A stretch of DNA of 24,792 bases. Origin: a virus. Taxonomy: Duplodnaviria; Caudoviricetes. The notes under the pieces were generated by a model, which saw only the letters and a list, made by a program, of their open reading frames with translations, had not been told where the DNA came from and did no database searches. This document shows positions 8,612 to 17,830 of the stretch, in pieces (within the stretch, counting starts at the first letter, position 1; each line of letters opens with the position of its first letter). The stretch is taken from positions 1-24,792 of IMG/VR virus record IMGVR_UViG_3300033388_000331, one strand, 5' to 3'. A program made the position numbers and the translations under genes.

Positions 8612-9259
8612 TTATAATAGTTCAGTAGCAATTGTAGCACTACCTGACAAACCGGACATAAAAGCCTCTGTAGATGCATCACTTAAGTTATCTCCTCTCA
8701 TAGTATGATAATCTTCTTTCTCTTCTAGTCTAGCTATCTCATCTAAATCTCTCTGCTCCTGTCTATTGTACACGTTAACTTCTTCAGATAAAGCACCTTT
8801 TTCTAGCGCCATTCTTTCAGCTGCTGCTTTCTCTTCACCTTCAGCTGCTTTCATAATGTTAGCAGATTCTTGAGCTTCTATGCTTGCAGCTATACCTTTT
8901 TTACTTTGCATTGCTGCTCTAGCTAAAGCAGTCGCGCCACCAGCAGAAGCACCAGAGCTCATCATAGCGTCTAAACTATTTGCTAAGGCCATATCGGTTT
9001 GCTCTGCTTGCATTTCTGCTGCTTGAGTAGCTACAGAAAGATTAGCATAAGGATTATTTACTTCAGCTTTAAGTGCTCTAATGTCATCAGACTTATCTAT
9101 TACGTCTTGTCTACTTTCTTTTAAAGCGTTTATTTGATCTAATGCATCAGCAGCTTCGTCAGCTTCTTTATTAGATTTACGTTTTTTTACGCCTGAATCT
9201 ATTGCACCAATAACCGCAGGAGCTGCTAGTGCTACTATTGTTCCTATACCAAATGACAT
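8612..9259 (-). CDS. Putative small ejection/DNA pilot protein, 215 aa
   Basis: Hydrophobic N-terminus (MSFGIGTIVALAAPAVIGAI) followed by basic residues and coiled coil, with internal SSGASAGGATALARAA; architecture analogous to T7 gp14 / P22 gp7. Confidence 0.7.
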   Translation of the reverse strand: MSFGIGTIVALAAPAVIGAIDSGVKKRKSNKEADEAADALDQINALKESRQDVIDKSDDIRALKAEVNNPYANLSVATQAAEMQAEQTDMALANSLDAMMSSGASAGGATALARAAMQSKKGIAASIEAQESANIMKAAEGEEKAAAERMALEKGALSEEVNVYNRQEQRDLDEIARLEEKEDYHTMRGDNLSDASTEAFMSGLSGSATIATELL

Positions 9260-9260
9260 A

Positions 9261-9761
9261 TTATTTTAGTTTTAATTTTGGGTGATTATAGTCTTTCGCT
9301 ATTACTTCATCAACCACTTGTTCTACATCTTTCTTATCGGTAGGATGTACTGTTATCCATACCATAGTTTCTTTTATATATAAAATTCTTTGAGTACCAG
9401 GCTTTGTCATACCATGGTAGGGTGCTTCAATTTCAAAAACACCTTCATCAGAAATAACTGTTGCTTTTCCTTCCATTACGAAAAAAGGATGAGTAACTAA
9501 ATGAATAGCACTTAAGTGCATAGTTCCTTTAGGCATAGTTATTTTTCTAATATATGTGCCATCACCAAATTCATGCTCTAAACTTCCGCCTCCTACAGTA
9601 TCTAATTCATCATCTTTAGCGTAAGATTTTCTTATAACTGAAAACTCATGATTAGCAAACTGATCTTGAAATTTAATCATTTTACTTCTAAAATCTTTTT
9701 TACTTAATACACCTGCTCCTGAAATAATTTTTTTTAATTCGTTAGATGTTTTACTTTTCAT
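9261..9761 (-). CDS. Phage cupin-fold protein, 166 aa
   Basis: LEHEFGDGTYIRKITMPKG...IHLVTHPFFVMEG...EAP...PGTQR...WITVH matches the double-stranded beta-helix pattern with His ligands. Confidence 0.75.
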   Translation of the reverse strand: MKSKTSNELKKIISGAGVLSKKDFRSKMIKFQDQFANHEFSVIRKSYAKDDELDTVGGGSLEHEFGDGTYIRKITMPKGTMHLSAIHLVTHPFFVMEGKATVISDEGVFEIEAPYHGMTKPGTQRILYIKETMVWITVHPTDKKDVEQVVDEVIAKDYNHPKLKLK

Positions 9762-9770
9762 TTAATTTTA

Positions 9771-11492
9771 TTATGATGATTGAGCAAAGTCTGATGAAAC
9801 TGCCCATAATTCTTTAGCTCCACCTAATTGAGTACTGTTATCTGTTTCAATAGTCACTGTAGCAAAGTATCCTTTTATACCTGTCATATCAGCTCCAAAC
9901 CTTACTTCGCCTGCTCTAGCTGTAGAACTAGAAACTAAATTAGCAACGTACCTGTTTTCTTTTCTATCAAAACCTGCGCGCTGAGGTTGTCCAGTTACTG
10001 AATCAGTATATAAACCTTCTTCGTAACTATAAACCTTGTTAGAAGTGTCCTGATTGGATATATAAGAGCCTGGAACACTAGCACTTGGGTTTGGTTGTTC
10101 AAATCCAGACACAAATGAATTAACCTCCCATCCATTACTTCCTTCATAAGCTATCGTCTTAAATACTTTAACATTAGAAGGGTTTGGATTAAAAACAAAA
10201 GTTACATTAGATGGGTTTCTAACTCCATAAAATAACCCTCTATTATTTTGAACAGTATCGTCGTAATGTTGGTACAACTGAGAGCTATCTAAAGAATAAA
10301 ACTTATTTCTCAAGCTACCCATTAAGGTAGGCTTGTATGTATAGAAGCTTACCCAGCCATTTATTTGCTCGTCAAAACATAAGGTATTGTATGTATCAAC
10401 TGAAGTACTTATAGAAGACGGGTTTGTCTGCATAGACAACACATAGTTTTTATTGTGTATGTCCCATCCACCTATCATTTTACCTGTTGTAGAGTAATAA
10501 AATCTTATTAAGTTATTGTTTACAGCTGGAGACGCTGGAACAGTTATTGACACAAATAATTCTGACAAATAAACTATTGTATCCGTTCCATCTATTAATG
10601 TTTTTACTACAAAACCTCCTGTATTAACCCAAGTGCTTCCATTATTAACACTATAAGAACATGACATTCCAGGAGTTATTACTCCAGTTAAAGTAGAAGT
10701 TTCAATTTTAAAAGTAGTATTAGTGTTTGAAGAAGTTTCAGATAAGCTAGCATCTACATTATAATCTACACCAACATCACTTATTGTCGCAAACTCATCT
10801 CTGAAATAATCAGTCATACCGTATGCACTAATCTCTGTTAGCCCATCATTAGATAATCTCATTACAGCATTACGATCTTTATCGGTAAAATACTTTCTAT
10901 ATCCATAAACAGCAAAAGATTCTGGATTATTACTAATACCATATTCTCCAGTGTAAGGAACTATTTGCCCTATTACTTTGTTAGCAGCCTGAGTTTGCGT
11001 ACCACCTTCAGTTGTGTATATTGTATCTTTATCTATTAATGCTCTACTACATTTATCTCTTTGAAGTACTATTAAGTTAGTGTCTTCAGCATATGTTTTT
11101 TGAATAGGTCCATTAACAGGGTCTGCTGATCTTATCAAGTCGTCAGCTACTGAGAATACATTAGTGTTATTAACTCCTGTTCTAGAATTATATACACCAG
11201 AATATATTAAAGAATTAAACCTATGTTGTTGTATAGGTTCTGGCTCGTTTAAATAAGCTTTAACGCCATAGTCTGTTGCTAAATTATTATAACCCCCTTT
11301 TATTCTTCCTTCTTCTATATAAAAATTCTTTTCAGATGATTTAGTTATACCAGGATATGCTACACCCGGATTTATAGCCATTACATCTGGAAGATCAACA
11401 GGTTTATTTGCTCCACTATATGGAACTCCATTACCTGTAAGTTTCTTTATCCAGTAAGAATTAAAATAATCTACTTCTAATAATATTGCCAT
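9771..11492 (-). CDS. Tail nozzle/stabilization protein, C-terminal-type part, 573 aa
   Basis: Beta-rich. Motifs LIYSGVYNSRTGVN, GEYGISNNPESF, YFTDKDRNAVMRLSNDGLTEIS, GWVSFYTY and KVFKTIAYEG are recalled from crAss-like stabilization proteins. Confidence 0.75.
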   Translation of the reverse strand: MAILLEVDYFNSYWIKKLTGNGVPYSGANKPVDLPDVMAINPGVAYPGITKSSEKNFYIEEGRIKGGYNNLATDYGVKAYLNEPEPIQQHRFNSLIYSGVYNSRTGVNNTNVFSVADDLIRSADPVNGPIQKTYAEDTNLIVLQRDKCSRALIDKDTIYTTEGGTQTQAANKVIGQIVPYTGEYGISNNPESFAVYGYRKYFTDKDRNAVMRLSNDGLTEISAYGMTDYFRDEFATISDVGVDYNVDASLSETSSNTNTTFKIETSTLTGVITPGMSCSYSVNNGSTWVNTGGFVVKTLIDGTDTIVYLSELFVSITVPASPAVNNNLIRFYYSTTGKMIGGWDIHNKNYVLSMQTNPSSISTSVDTYNTLCFDEQINGWVSFYTYKPTLMGSLRNKFYSLDSSQLYQHYDDTVQNNRGLFYGVRNPSNVTFVFNPNPSNVKVFKTIAYEGSNGWEVNSFVSGFEQPNPSASVPGSYISNQDTSNKVYSYEEGLYTDSVTGQPQRAGFDRKENRYVANLVSSSTARAGEVRFGADMTGIKGYFATVTIETDNSTQLGGAKELWAVSSDFAQSS

Positions 11493-11509
11493 AATTTATA
11501 ATCACTTGT
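11492..11509 (-). promoter_or_regulatory. Putative phage promoter motif ACAAGTGATTATAAATTA, copy 1
   Basis: Exact 18-mer repeated at 17813-17830; both copies are essentially intergenic; its last A is the A of the ATG at 11492. Confidence 0.6.
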
Positions 11510-11521
11510 ATTTATACTTAT

Positions 11522-14500
11522 TTAACTAGCAAACGTAGTTTGAACTGTTATAGTTAAATCGCAGGAAGCACTAGCTAAACCATTGCCGCTGGCATCAGTT
11601 ACTGTTATACTATTGACATACGTGCCGTCTGCCACGTTGTTTAATTGTATTCTTTGTTGATTGAATAAGCCGGTGCTAGCTTCAGCTCCAGATGTTGAAT
11701 CTAACAATATAAAGTTATTATTAGTATCACTTTGACTCCATATTAACTCTTTAGATGCTTGATTTCCAGCAGCTCCATTTACTGCTTGAAGAGTAAAAAT
11801 GTAATTATTGTCGGTTGTTAAAGTAACAGGAGCTGGACAAACTGTAAAAGAAGGAGTAATGTTTGTTAAAGAACCATCTATTAAAAAAGTATTACTATAA
11901 GGTAAACTTGAAACAGTATTAACTACATCTATCGTAAAACTATAAGAATTAGAAGGAAGATCTTGCTTAAAGTAATTAGGCACACTGTTAGATAAATAAA
12001 AAGTTCCAGCTCCACTATTGTTTAAAGTAAAATTATTTGTTACGTTAGTTCCATTACCGTCTAAAACTCTAGTTAAACTAGCATCAGCAGAAACTAATTG
12101 AGACCCATCTTGTCTATTAATTTTAAACTGAGAAATAATAGTATTAACAACATCATTTTCTTCATATTTAAATATGCTTCCTTTTGGACCTAAAGGTATG
12201 AACTCTAAGTTTGTAGGTTGATAAGGTGCATTAGCTTCTTGAATATCTTTATTTAAAGTAGATATTAACCCCATTGTAGAAGTTTCCCAGTATATATCTA
12301 AAGCTGATTCTTTTGGTTTAACTTCTAACACGCCTAAAGGTCTTCCTTCTTGGGGTATGTTTATATCATTAGGAGCTATTGTTATAATAAAAGGTTCTGA
12401 CCATGAACATCCAAAAGTTCCAGACGAATTTGGTTGTTTCGCTATTTTAATTTTATCTCCTGGCAAATATCCACTACCTGCATTTACTACTCTTATTGTA
12501 AGCTCATCTAAATCATCTCTATCTTCAGCTGTAGAATTAGAGAAAACTTGAACTGTCAAACCAGATCCTACGCCAGTGATAGGAAACGTATCTTGAACAG
12601 CGCTCCAAACTACAGGACTATCATTGGTTATAGTCCCAGAGCTAGTTTGTACTTCCCACACGGGTCTAGGGTCTGATAAGTGATAATAAAATGTTAGACC
12701 TGAAGATGGTGTAAAAGAACCAAATAAACCATGTCCCCAAATATTACTTCCATATAAATTACCGTAAGTAGTTCCAGTAGTATTTAAAATACCTAATGAA
12801 GGATTACTATTAGGAGTATATATACCAGGTGTAGATGCTGGTGCATTTATATCAACTTCAATACCAACATCAGTCATTTTACCTATAGTATTTACAGGGA
12901 AAAACTTAGTGCCTAAATAGTATTGACGACTAAAATTATTATCTTTTAAACCAGCTATTCTTGGAAAAAGAACTTCATCGCTAGTTCTAAATTGAGTTTG
13001 AACCGGAGATACTTTAGCTAAATCTGCAGGAACTTTATTTATATTATCAGCTAATAATGTAATAATAGTTTTTTCTGTTTGATCTGTCTCTATATTAGGT
13101 GATCCAGCTAAAGGAGCTGGACAGTAAACATTATAATAATCTTGAGAAGTTTGTTTAACTACCACTTTATAAGAGTAATATCCTGTTTGATTTGATCTAC
13201 CATATATTTTTATAGAAGTAGAAGCACTTACTGTTACTTCTTCAGATAATGTAATAATTTTAGTAGGTATATCTATTGCTATTATACTAACAGAAAATGC
13301 ACTTGAAGAGGAATTTATTCCTTCAACTATATCACCTACTTCTATATCAGAGTTCCAATCACCAGCCAATATAAACTCATCTAATACCGGTGGTCCAGTT
13401 GGATTACTTGCTATTGCATCTATTTCACCACTTTTATATAATCCAGGATATCCAGAAACATTAGATATTACACTTGGTATAGGATTTTGAATTAAAACTT
13501 TCAAACTATCGCCAAACCAGTTCCATAATTTGTCATTACTCCATGCTGGATTAGAATATATACTTTTATAAGGAGCATAAACAGTAGAACCTCCGTAGTA
13601 TTGGTTTGAACTAGCTGGAAATTCAACTCTTTCGTCAGATGCGGATGATAATATTACATCAGATGATCTTCCATACTTGTCTTGTAAAACTATACCTACT
13701 TGATAAGATCTGTTTTGTTTTAATGTATGGTTAGGGTACGCTACAGACGAGTAACTTGTGTTAGATTCAAAAGGTTGTAACTTAGGAGACACACCCACAT
13801 AGAAATCTAAAGTATTAGGAGAAGAGTGTTTATCTCTAAAGTTTCCTAATACAACTCTATTTCCAGTTACTGATTGTGTTTTAGAACGCACTGGTATTTT
13901 ATCATAAATTCTAACTGTGTCAGCCTCTGTTAATGTTTTTATAGGTTTTCTAGACTCATAATTGTATAAGTAATTAGTTGTAGAATTACTAGTAATAGAA
14001 AGATCAGTTACTGGAATAGTATCTAAAACTTTTACAGCTAGAGCGTCAGACTCTTTATACAAAATCTCAATATCAGAAACTTTTAAAGTATTAGCCAAAG
14101 TGTTCACAGTATAAGGAGTTTCTATATTTAAAGATACATTTTGCACTTTGTTTTCAAAAAAATCTATAATAGTAGAATTACCAATTTGCTCTTCTTGAGA
14201 CAATAATAGACTTAATCTTTGTAAACTACCAGCAGGAGAAGCCGTCAATACATTTTCAAAGTTACCAGGTAAAGATGTTATGTATCCATCTTGCTTAGGT
14301 ATAAAAGCAGGCTGAGTATAGGGTGATATTAAAGAATATTCTCCATCTTCAAATCTATATCTATAAGCAAATCTAACAAACTTATCTGATAAGAAATCTT
14401 TATCACCTGCCCAGTTTGAATCATAGTTAGGATTTGGAGCAGCAAAAAGGTATTGGTCTCTACCAACAGAATTATTTATTAATGCTTTTGATAGCGTTAT

Positions 14501-15544
14501 TTGTAAGTTAGGAAAAGTTCCACCTATAGTTTGAATTGTTGTATCCTCTGCTAGTGTATCCGATATTATATTCCATCCAACTTTTGGTTCAATATTAGCT
14601 AATCCAGCTGAAGACGCGGGCATCGTAATGTTTAACGTACCAGTTGCGCCTGAACTAACGTTATTTGTTAACATACCGTAAGTAGATGGAGCTAAAAATT
14701 CTGTAGCTTTATTTTTACTAGTAGGATAGTAAAGAGTTACGTCTTGACTACTCCAAATTAAATCAGCCGCGACTGTAGATTGAACTATCAGATCTGTTGT
14801 AGGTAATGATCCTAATACTTCACTTACACGTATGTTTTGTGATTGAGCATCTCCAGCAGAATTATTACCACTCAACTTAATATACATACCTTCTTTTATA
14901 GCGGAACTAGCAACGGATAATGTAACTACGCCGCCTGCTGTTGATGCGCACTCAACATTATCAATTTTATCCCACAAAGTAGGAACGTTGTAAGGATAGT
15001 ACTTTGCTAAAGATATTTGTTCTTCATTGTAGTAATGAGGGTACGTTGATGTAGCATCAGCACTAGAAGCTAGATTAATATTTATTTTTCTAGGTTGATT
15101 TCTATTATCAGTCCAAAATAATAATTCTTCTATAACGTTTATACCATACATGTTATGTGTAGTAGAAAAATTTAAGAAACTGCCTTTAACTAGTGTTTGT
15201 GATGTACTAGAGTTAACATTGTACATGCATATACTACAGTATGCTGACTTAGGAGCTGTATTAGATAAAGAATCACTAGAGGTATCAGAATAGTTTGTAA
15301 GAAAAACATATATTATGTCAGTAGACTCATCCATGTAGCTACCTATTGCTACCACACCAGGTTCACTAGTAAAAGTGTTTATATTTAAATTTCCTAAAAC
15401 ATTTTCTAAAGCACCTACATCAGCTGACTCAGATCGGCTAACGCTAACATTTTCAGCATTTCTATATTCACCTTTACTTAACAATCTATCATCTAAGTCT
15501 TTATTCATCTTAGATTTGATGAAAGTGTTTTGTACGTTACCCAT
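11522..15544 (-). CDS. Tail nozzle/stabilization protein, N-terminal-type part with accessory beta domains, 1340 aa
   Basis: N-terminus NTFIKSKMNKDLDDRL...EYRNAEN...DVGALENVLGN, LLFWTDNRNQPRKIN, FVRFAYRYRFEDGEYS, TLKQNRSYQVGIV and LDIYWETS recalled from this family; Ig/cadherin-like C-terminus. Confidence 0.8.
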   Translation of the reverse strand: MGNVQNTFIKSKMNKDLDDRLLSKGEYRNAENVSVSRSESADVGALENVLGNLNINTFTSEPGVVAIGSYMDESTDIIYVFLTNYSDTSSDSLSNTAPKSAYCSICMYNVNSSTSQTLVKGSFLNFSTTHNMYGINVIEELLFWTDNRNQPRKININLASSADATSTYPHYYNEEQISLAKYYPYNVPTLWDKIDNVECASTAGGVVTLSVASSAIKEGMYIKLSGNNSAGDAQSQNIRVSEVLGSLPTTDLIVQSTVAADLIWSSQDVTLYYPTSKNKATEFLAPSTYGMLTNNVSSGATGTLNITMPASSAGLANIEPKVGWNIISDTLAEDTTIQTIGGTFPNLQITLSKALINNSVGRDQYLFAAPNPNYDSNWAGDKDFLSDKFVRFAYRYRFEDGEYSLISPYTQPAFIPKQDGYITSLPGNFENVLTASPAGSLQRLSLLLSQEEQIGNSTIIDFFENKVQNVSLNIETPYTVNTLANTLKVSDIEILYKESDALAVKVLDTIPVTDLSITSNSTTNYLYNYESRKPIKTLTEADTVRIYDKIPVRSKTQSVTGNRVVLGNFRDKHSSPNTLDFYVGVSPKLQPFESNTSYSSVAYPNHTLKQNRSYQVGIVLQDKYGRSSDVILSSASDERVEFPASSNQYYGGSTVYAPYKSIYSNPAWSNDKLWNWFGDSLKVLIQNPIPSVISNVSGYPGLYKSGEIDAIASNPTGPPVLDEFILAGDWNSDIEVGDIVEGINSSSSAFSVSIIAIDIPTKIITLSEEVTVSASTSIKIYGRSNQTGYYSYKVVVKQTSQDYYNVYCPAPLAGSPNIETDQTEKTIITLLADNINKVPADLAKVSPVQTQFRTSDEVLFPRIAGLKDNNFSRQYYLGTKFFPVNTIGKMTDVGIEVDINAPASTPGIYTPNSNPSLGILNTTGTTYGNLYGSNIWGHGLFGSFTPSSGLTFYYHLSDPRPVWEVQTSSGTITNDSPVVWSAVQDTFPITGVGSGLTVQVFSNSTAEDRDDLDELTIRVVNAGSGYLPGDKIKIAKQPNSSGTFGCSWSEPFIITIAPNDINIPQEGRPLGVLEVKPKESALDIYWETSTMGLISTLNKDIQEANAPYQPTNLEFIPLGPKGSIFKYEENDVVNTIISQFKINRQDGSQLVSADASLTRVLDGNGTNVTNNFTLNNSGAGTFYLSNSVPNYFKQDLPSNSYSFTIDVVNTVSSLPYSNTFLIDGSLTNITPSFTVCPAPVTLTTDNNYIFTLQAVNGAAGNQASKELIWSQSDTNNNFILLDSTSGAEASTGLFNQQRIQLNNVADGTYVNSITVTDASGNGLASASCDLTITVQTTFAS

Positions 15545-15548
15545 ATTA

Positions 15549-16703
15549 TTAATGTTTAATCCATTTAGATTTACCTCTCATTACTTGTGTAAACTCTTCT
15601 ATTTTAATATTACTTAATCTTATTTTAGCATTTCTAAGTTGAGCACGTCTGTCTTTTTTAAATCTTTGTACTATATACTCTTGAACATTGGCTCTACCAG
15701 CTAGTATCGAATAAGCTATATGCATATATAGAGCTTCTTCTGCCACCTTAGGTATCTTGCTATCCATATCATATGCTAATCCATCAGATATGTATTCTAA
15801 TATTATTATTTGATTAGCTAAATCACTTGAAAAACTAAATTTTCCTTCTCTCTCATTTATAGTGAACCATCCATTTTTTTGAGATGTCTCAGGTTCTAGA
15901 CCATATCTTTGCCCATAAGCTGTCTTCCACCATGACCAATTATAAACGTTAGCATAATTAGTTATTTGACTATCAGTTATTTGACCTGTGATGTTTAAGT
16001 TGTTATTAGAAGCCCATCTAATATCTGTTTCAGATTCAGCTGGCTCAAGGTTTTCACCCCAGTTACCTTGAATTGGAACTCCTTCACTATCTTGTAATAA
16101 AGGTGTAGGATTACTTGTTAGTCTAGTTGGGTATATTATATGCTTAACTCCAGAAGTATCAACCCATGATAACTGAACGTAATTAACATAGTCTTGAGGT
16201 ATAGCTAAAGACAAACTAGGTGGTATAGAAAGTTCTAATTGATTAACAGACTTTAATGTGTCATAACTAAATTCTTGTAAACCTCTTTTCGCATGGAATA
16301 TAACGTCAGATCTTTTTACTCTAGGTATTATCTTATCTAACCCAACATAACCTACCATGAAGTTGTTTACTACATCTTTAAGACTTAAATATGCGTAACT
16401 ATTATAATTGTCCCATATACTCTGTTGTATTAATCTAACTCTAATTATTAAACCAACAGCTTGAGCAGGTATAGTTATTGTATTTTGAAATACACTGTAT
16501 GTTCCAATAGTTAGATCAGTGTAAGTGTTAGGATTTAAAACACTATTAACCGCTACTACGTAATTAGCTATAGAAGCAGGATTACCTCCACCAGCATCAT
16601 TCAAAGGCATGTTAAAAGGGGAAGTAATAGTTGTTTGCCCTGTAGAGGTTACAAAGTCTTCTCCAGAATAGTACTGAGCATTTGTTTCTTTTATTAATCC
16701 CAT
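15549..16703 (-). CDS. Tail ring/tubular (adaptor) structural protein, 384 aa
   Basis: DVIFHAKRGLQEFSYD, PQDYVNYV, LEYISDG and LRNAKIRLS motifs; directly upstream of the nozzle gene. Confidence 0.72.
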   Translation of the reverse strand: MGLIKETNAQYYSGEDFVTSTGQTTITSPFNMPLNDAGGGNPASIANYVVAVNSVLNPNTYTDLTIGTYSVFQNTITIPAQAVGLIIRVRLIQQSIWDNYNSYAYLSLKDVVNNFMVGYVGLDKIIPRVKRSDVIFHAKRGLQEFSYDTLKSVNQLELSIPPSLSLAIPQDYVNYVQLSWVDTSGVKHIIYPTRLTSNPTPLLQDSEGVPIQGNWGENLEPAESETDIRWASNNNLNITGQITDSQITNYANVYNWSWWKTAYGQRYGLEPETSQKNGWFTINEREGKFSFSSDLANQIIILEYISDGLAYDMDSKIPKVAEEALYMHIAYSILAGRANVQEYIVQRFKKDRRAQLRNAKIRLSNIKIEEFTQVMRGKSKWIKH

Positions 16704-16709
16704 TTTTTA

Positions 16710-17771
16710 TTATCTTTTTGAATTATCTTCTTCTTGTTTTGTCATGCTAGCAGCCATTTGACTTATTTGAGTTTCCCTTATCACTATACCAGAATACTTT
16801 AAAACGTTTAAAACTGCTTCTGTTTGTTGAGCACTACTTAACTCAAAATTTATAGAGCCTTGGCCCGTTGCTCCCATTAGGTTAGCAGCAGTTAAAGTTA
16901 TAACGATAGGACCAGTAAGCCCCGTAATAGCCGTAGTAGGTATTGTTATAGTATCATCTACAGCATATCCATTTCCAGAAGCGGTTACAGTGATAGAGGT
17001 GTTTGCACTTGTTAAAGCTGGTGTGCCTGTTCCAATAATGTTTACTGATATCTCTAAACCAGTTCCACCGCCACTAGTAGTAAAATTAGTGGCAAGAGCC
17101 CCTTGAGTTAAAGCATATGTCCCTATGCCAGCACTAAAACCACCAAAATTAGTAGAAGAAGTTAAACTGCCTAAAGCTACAGCAGTAGCATCATAAGCTC
17201 TAGAATCATATATGTATTGGCCTAAACTTCCAATTGTGTAACCCCATCTAACGTCTGATGGTTTTTTAATATAATTAAATGTAACATCAGTTGTAGCATA
17301 AGTATTAGTAACTGTAGGATACACAGTGATTTTATCTTCTTTATATTTAGCTATAGGGAAATTTGACGACGGCTGCGTCAAAGGTGAAAGTATTTGCTGT
17401 GTATATTCTCTAGCACTTACTATTTCTATTTCAGGAGAGTTTACTCCTTTATTGTAATTTACTGAACCAAACCTATGTAGATCTTGTGGTTGAGTATAAA
17501 TATTGTTTGTTTGAGCAGCTGGATTATAAGCTGATTCGCTTTTTTCAAATACTTGAAATTCTTCACGTATATGATCCATTCTTGATGCAAATTCTACATC
17601 TGTTTTTGGCATACGTATATACTGATTATAATCTTCAAAAAACTTTTCAAATATTTCTAATTGTACTTGAGTACCTAGCTTATTGAACTCATCAGGAGTT
17701 ATATATCCTCTTTGTTCTTTATTTAAAATACTTAGTACAGTTGTATATACAGTGTTTACGTTTATTGCCAT
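16710..17771 (-). CDS. Tail ring/head-tail adaptor protein, 353 aa (start corrected to ATG 17771)
   Basis: MAINVNTVYTTVLSILNKEQRGYITPDEFN, and YIKKPSDVRWGY. The track start at 17810 falls inside a terminator hairpin. Confidence 0.75.
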   Translation of the reverse strand: MAINVNTVYTTVLSILNKEQRGYITPDEFNKLGTQVQLEIFEKFFEDYNQYIRMPKTDVEFASRMDHIREEFQVFEKSESAYNPAAQTNNIYTQPQDLHRFGSVNYNKGVNSPEIEIVSAREYTQQILSPLTQPSSNFPIAKYKEDKITVYPTVTNTYATTDVTFNYIKKPSDVRWGYTIGSLGQYIYDSRAYDATAVALGSLTSSTNFGGFSAGIGTYALTQGALATNFTTSGGGTGLEISVNIIGTGTPALTSANTSITVTASGNGYAVDDTITIPTTAITGLTGPIVITLTAANLMGATGQGSINFELSSAQQTEAVLNVLKYSGIVIRETQISQMAASMTKQEEDNSKR

Positions 17772-17783
17772 TTTAATATTTTT

Positions 17784-17813
17784 AAAAAAAAAAGGGTGGC
17801 GAAATACCACCCT
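17784..17813 (-). terminator. Rho-independent terminator
   Basis: AGGGUGG-UAUUUCG-CCACCCU hairpin running into a 10-U tract. Confidence 0.8.
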
Positions 17814-17830
17814 AATTTATAATCACTTGT
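17813..17830 (-). promoter_or_regulatory. Putative phage promoter motif ACAAGTGATTATAAATTA, copy 2
   Basis: Identical to 11492-11509; lies between the 256-aa stop codon and the terminator hairpin. Confidence 0.6.

Noticed and set aside
11493-11524. Readthrough or sequencing frameshift joining the two nozzle ORFs
   Set aside because: Different frames, a clean stop and start, and a repeated regulatory motif in the gap
17772-17810. N-terminal extension MVFRHPFFFKNIK of the 366-aa ORF
   Set aside because: It is translation through the terminator hairpin and U tract; ATG 17771 fits better
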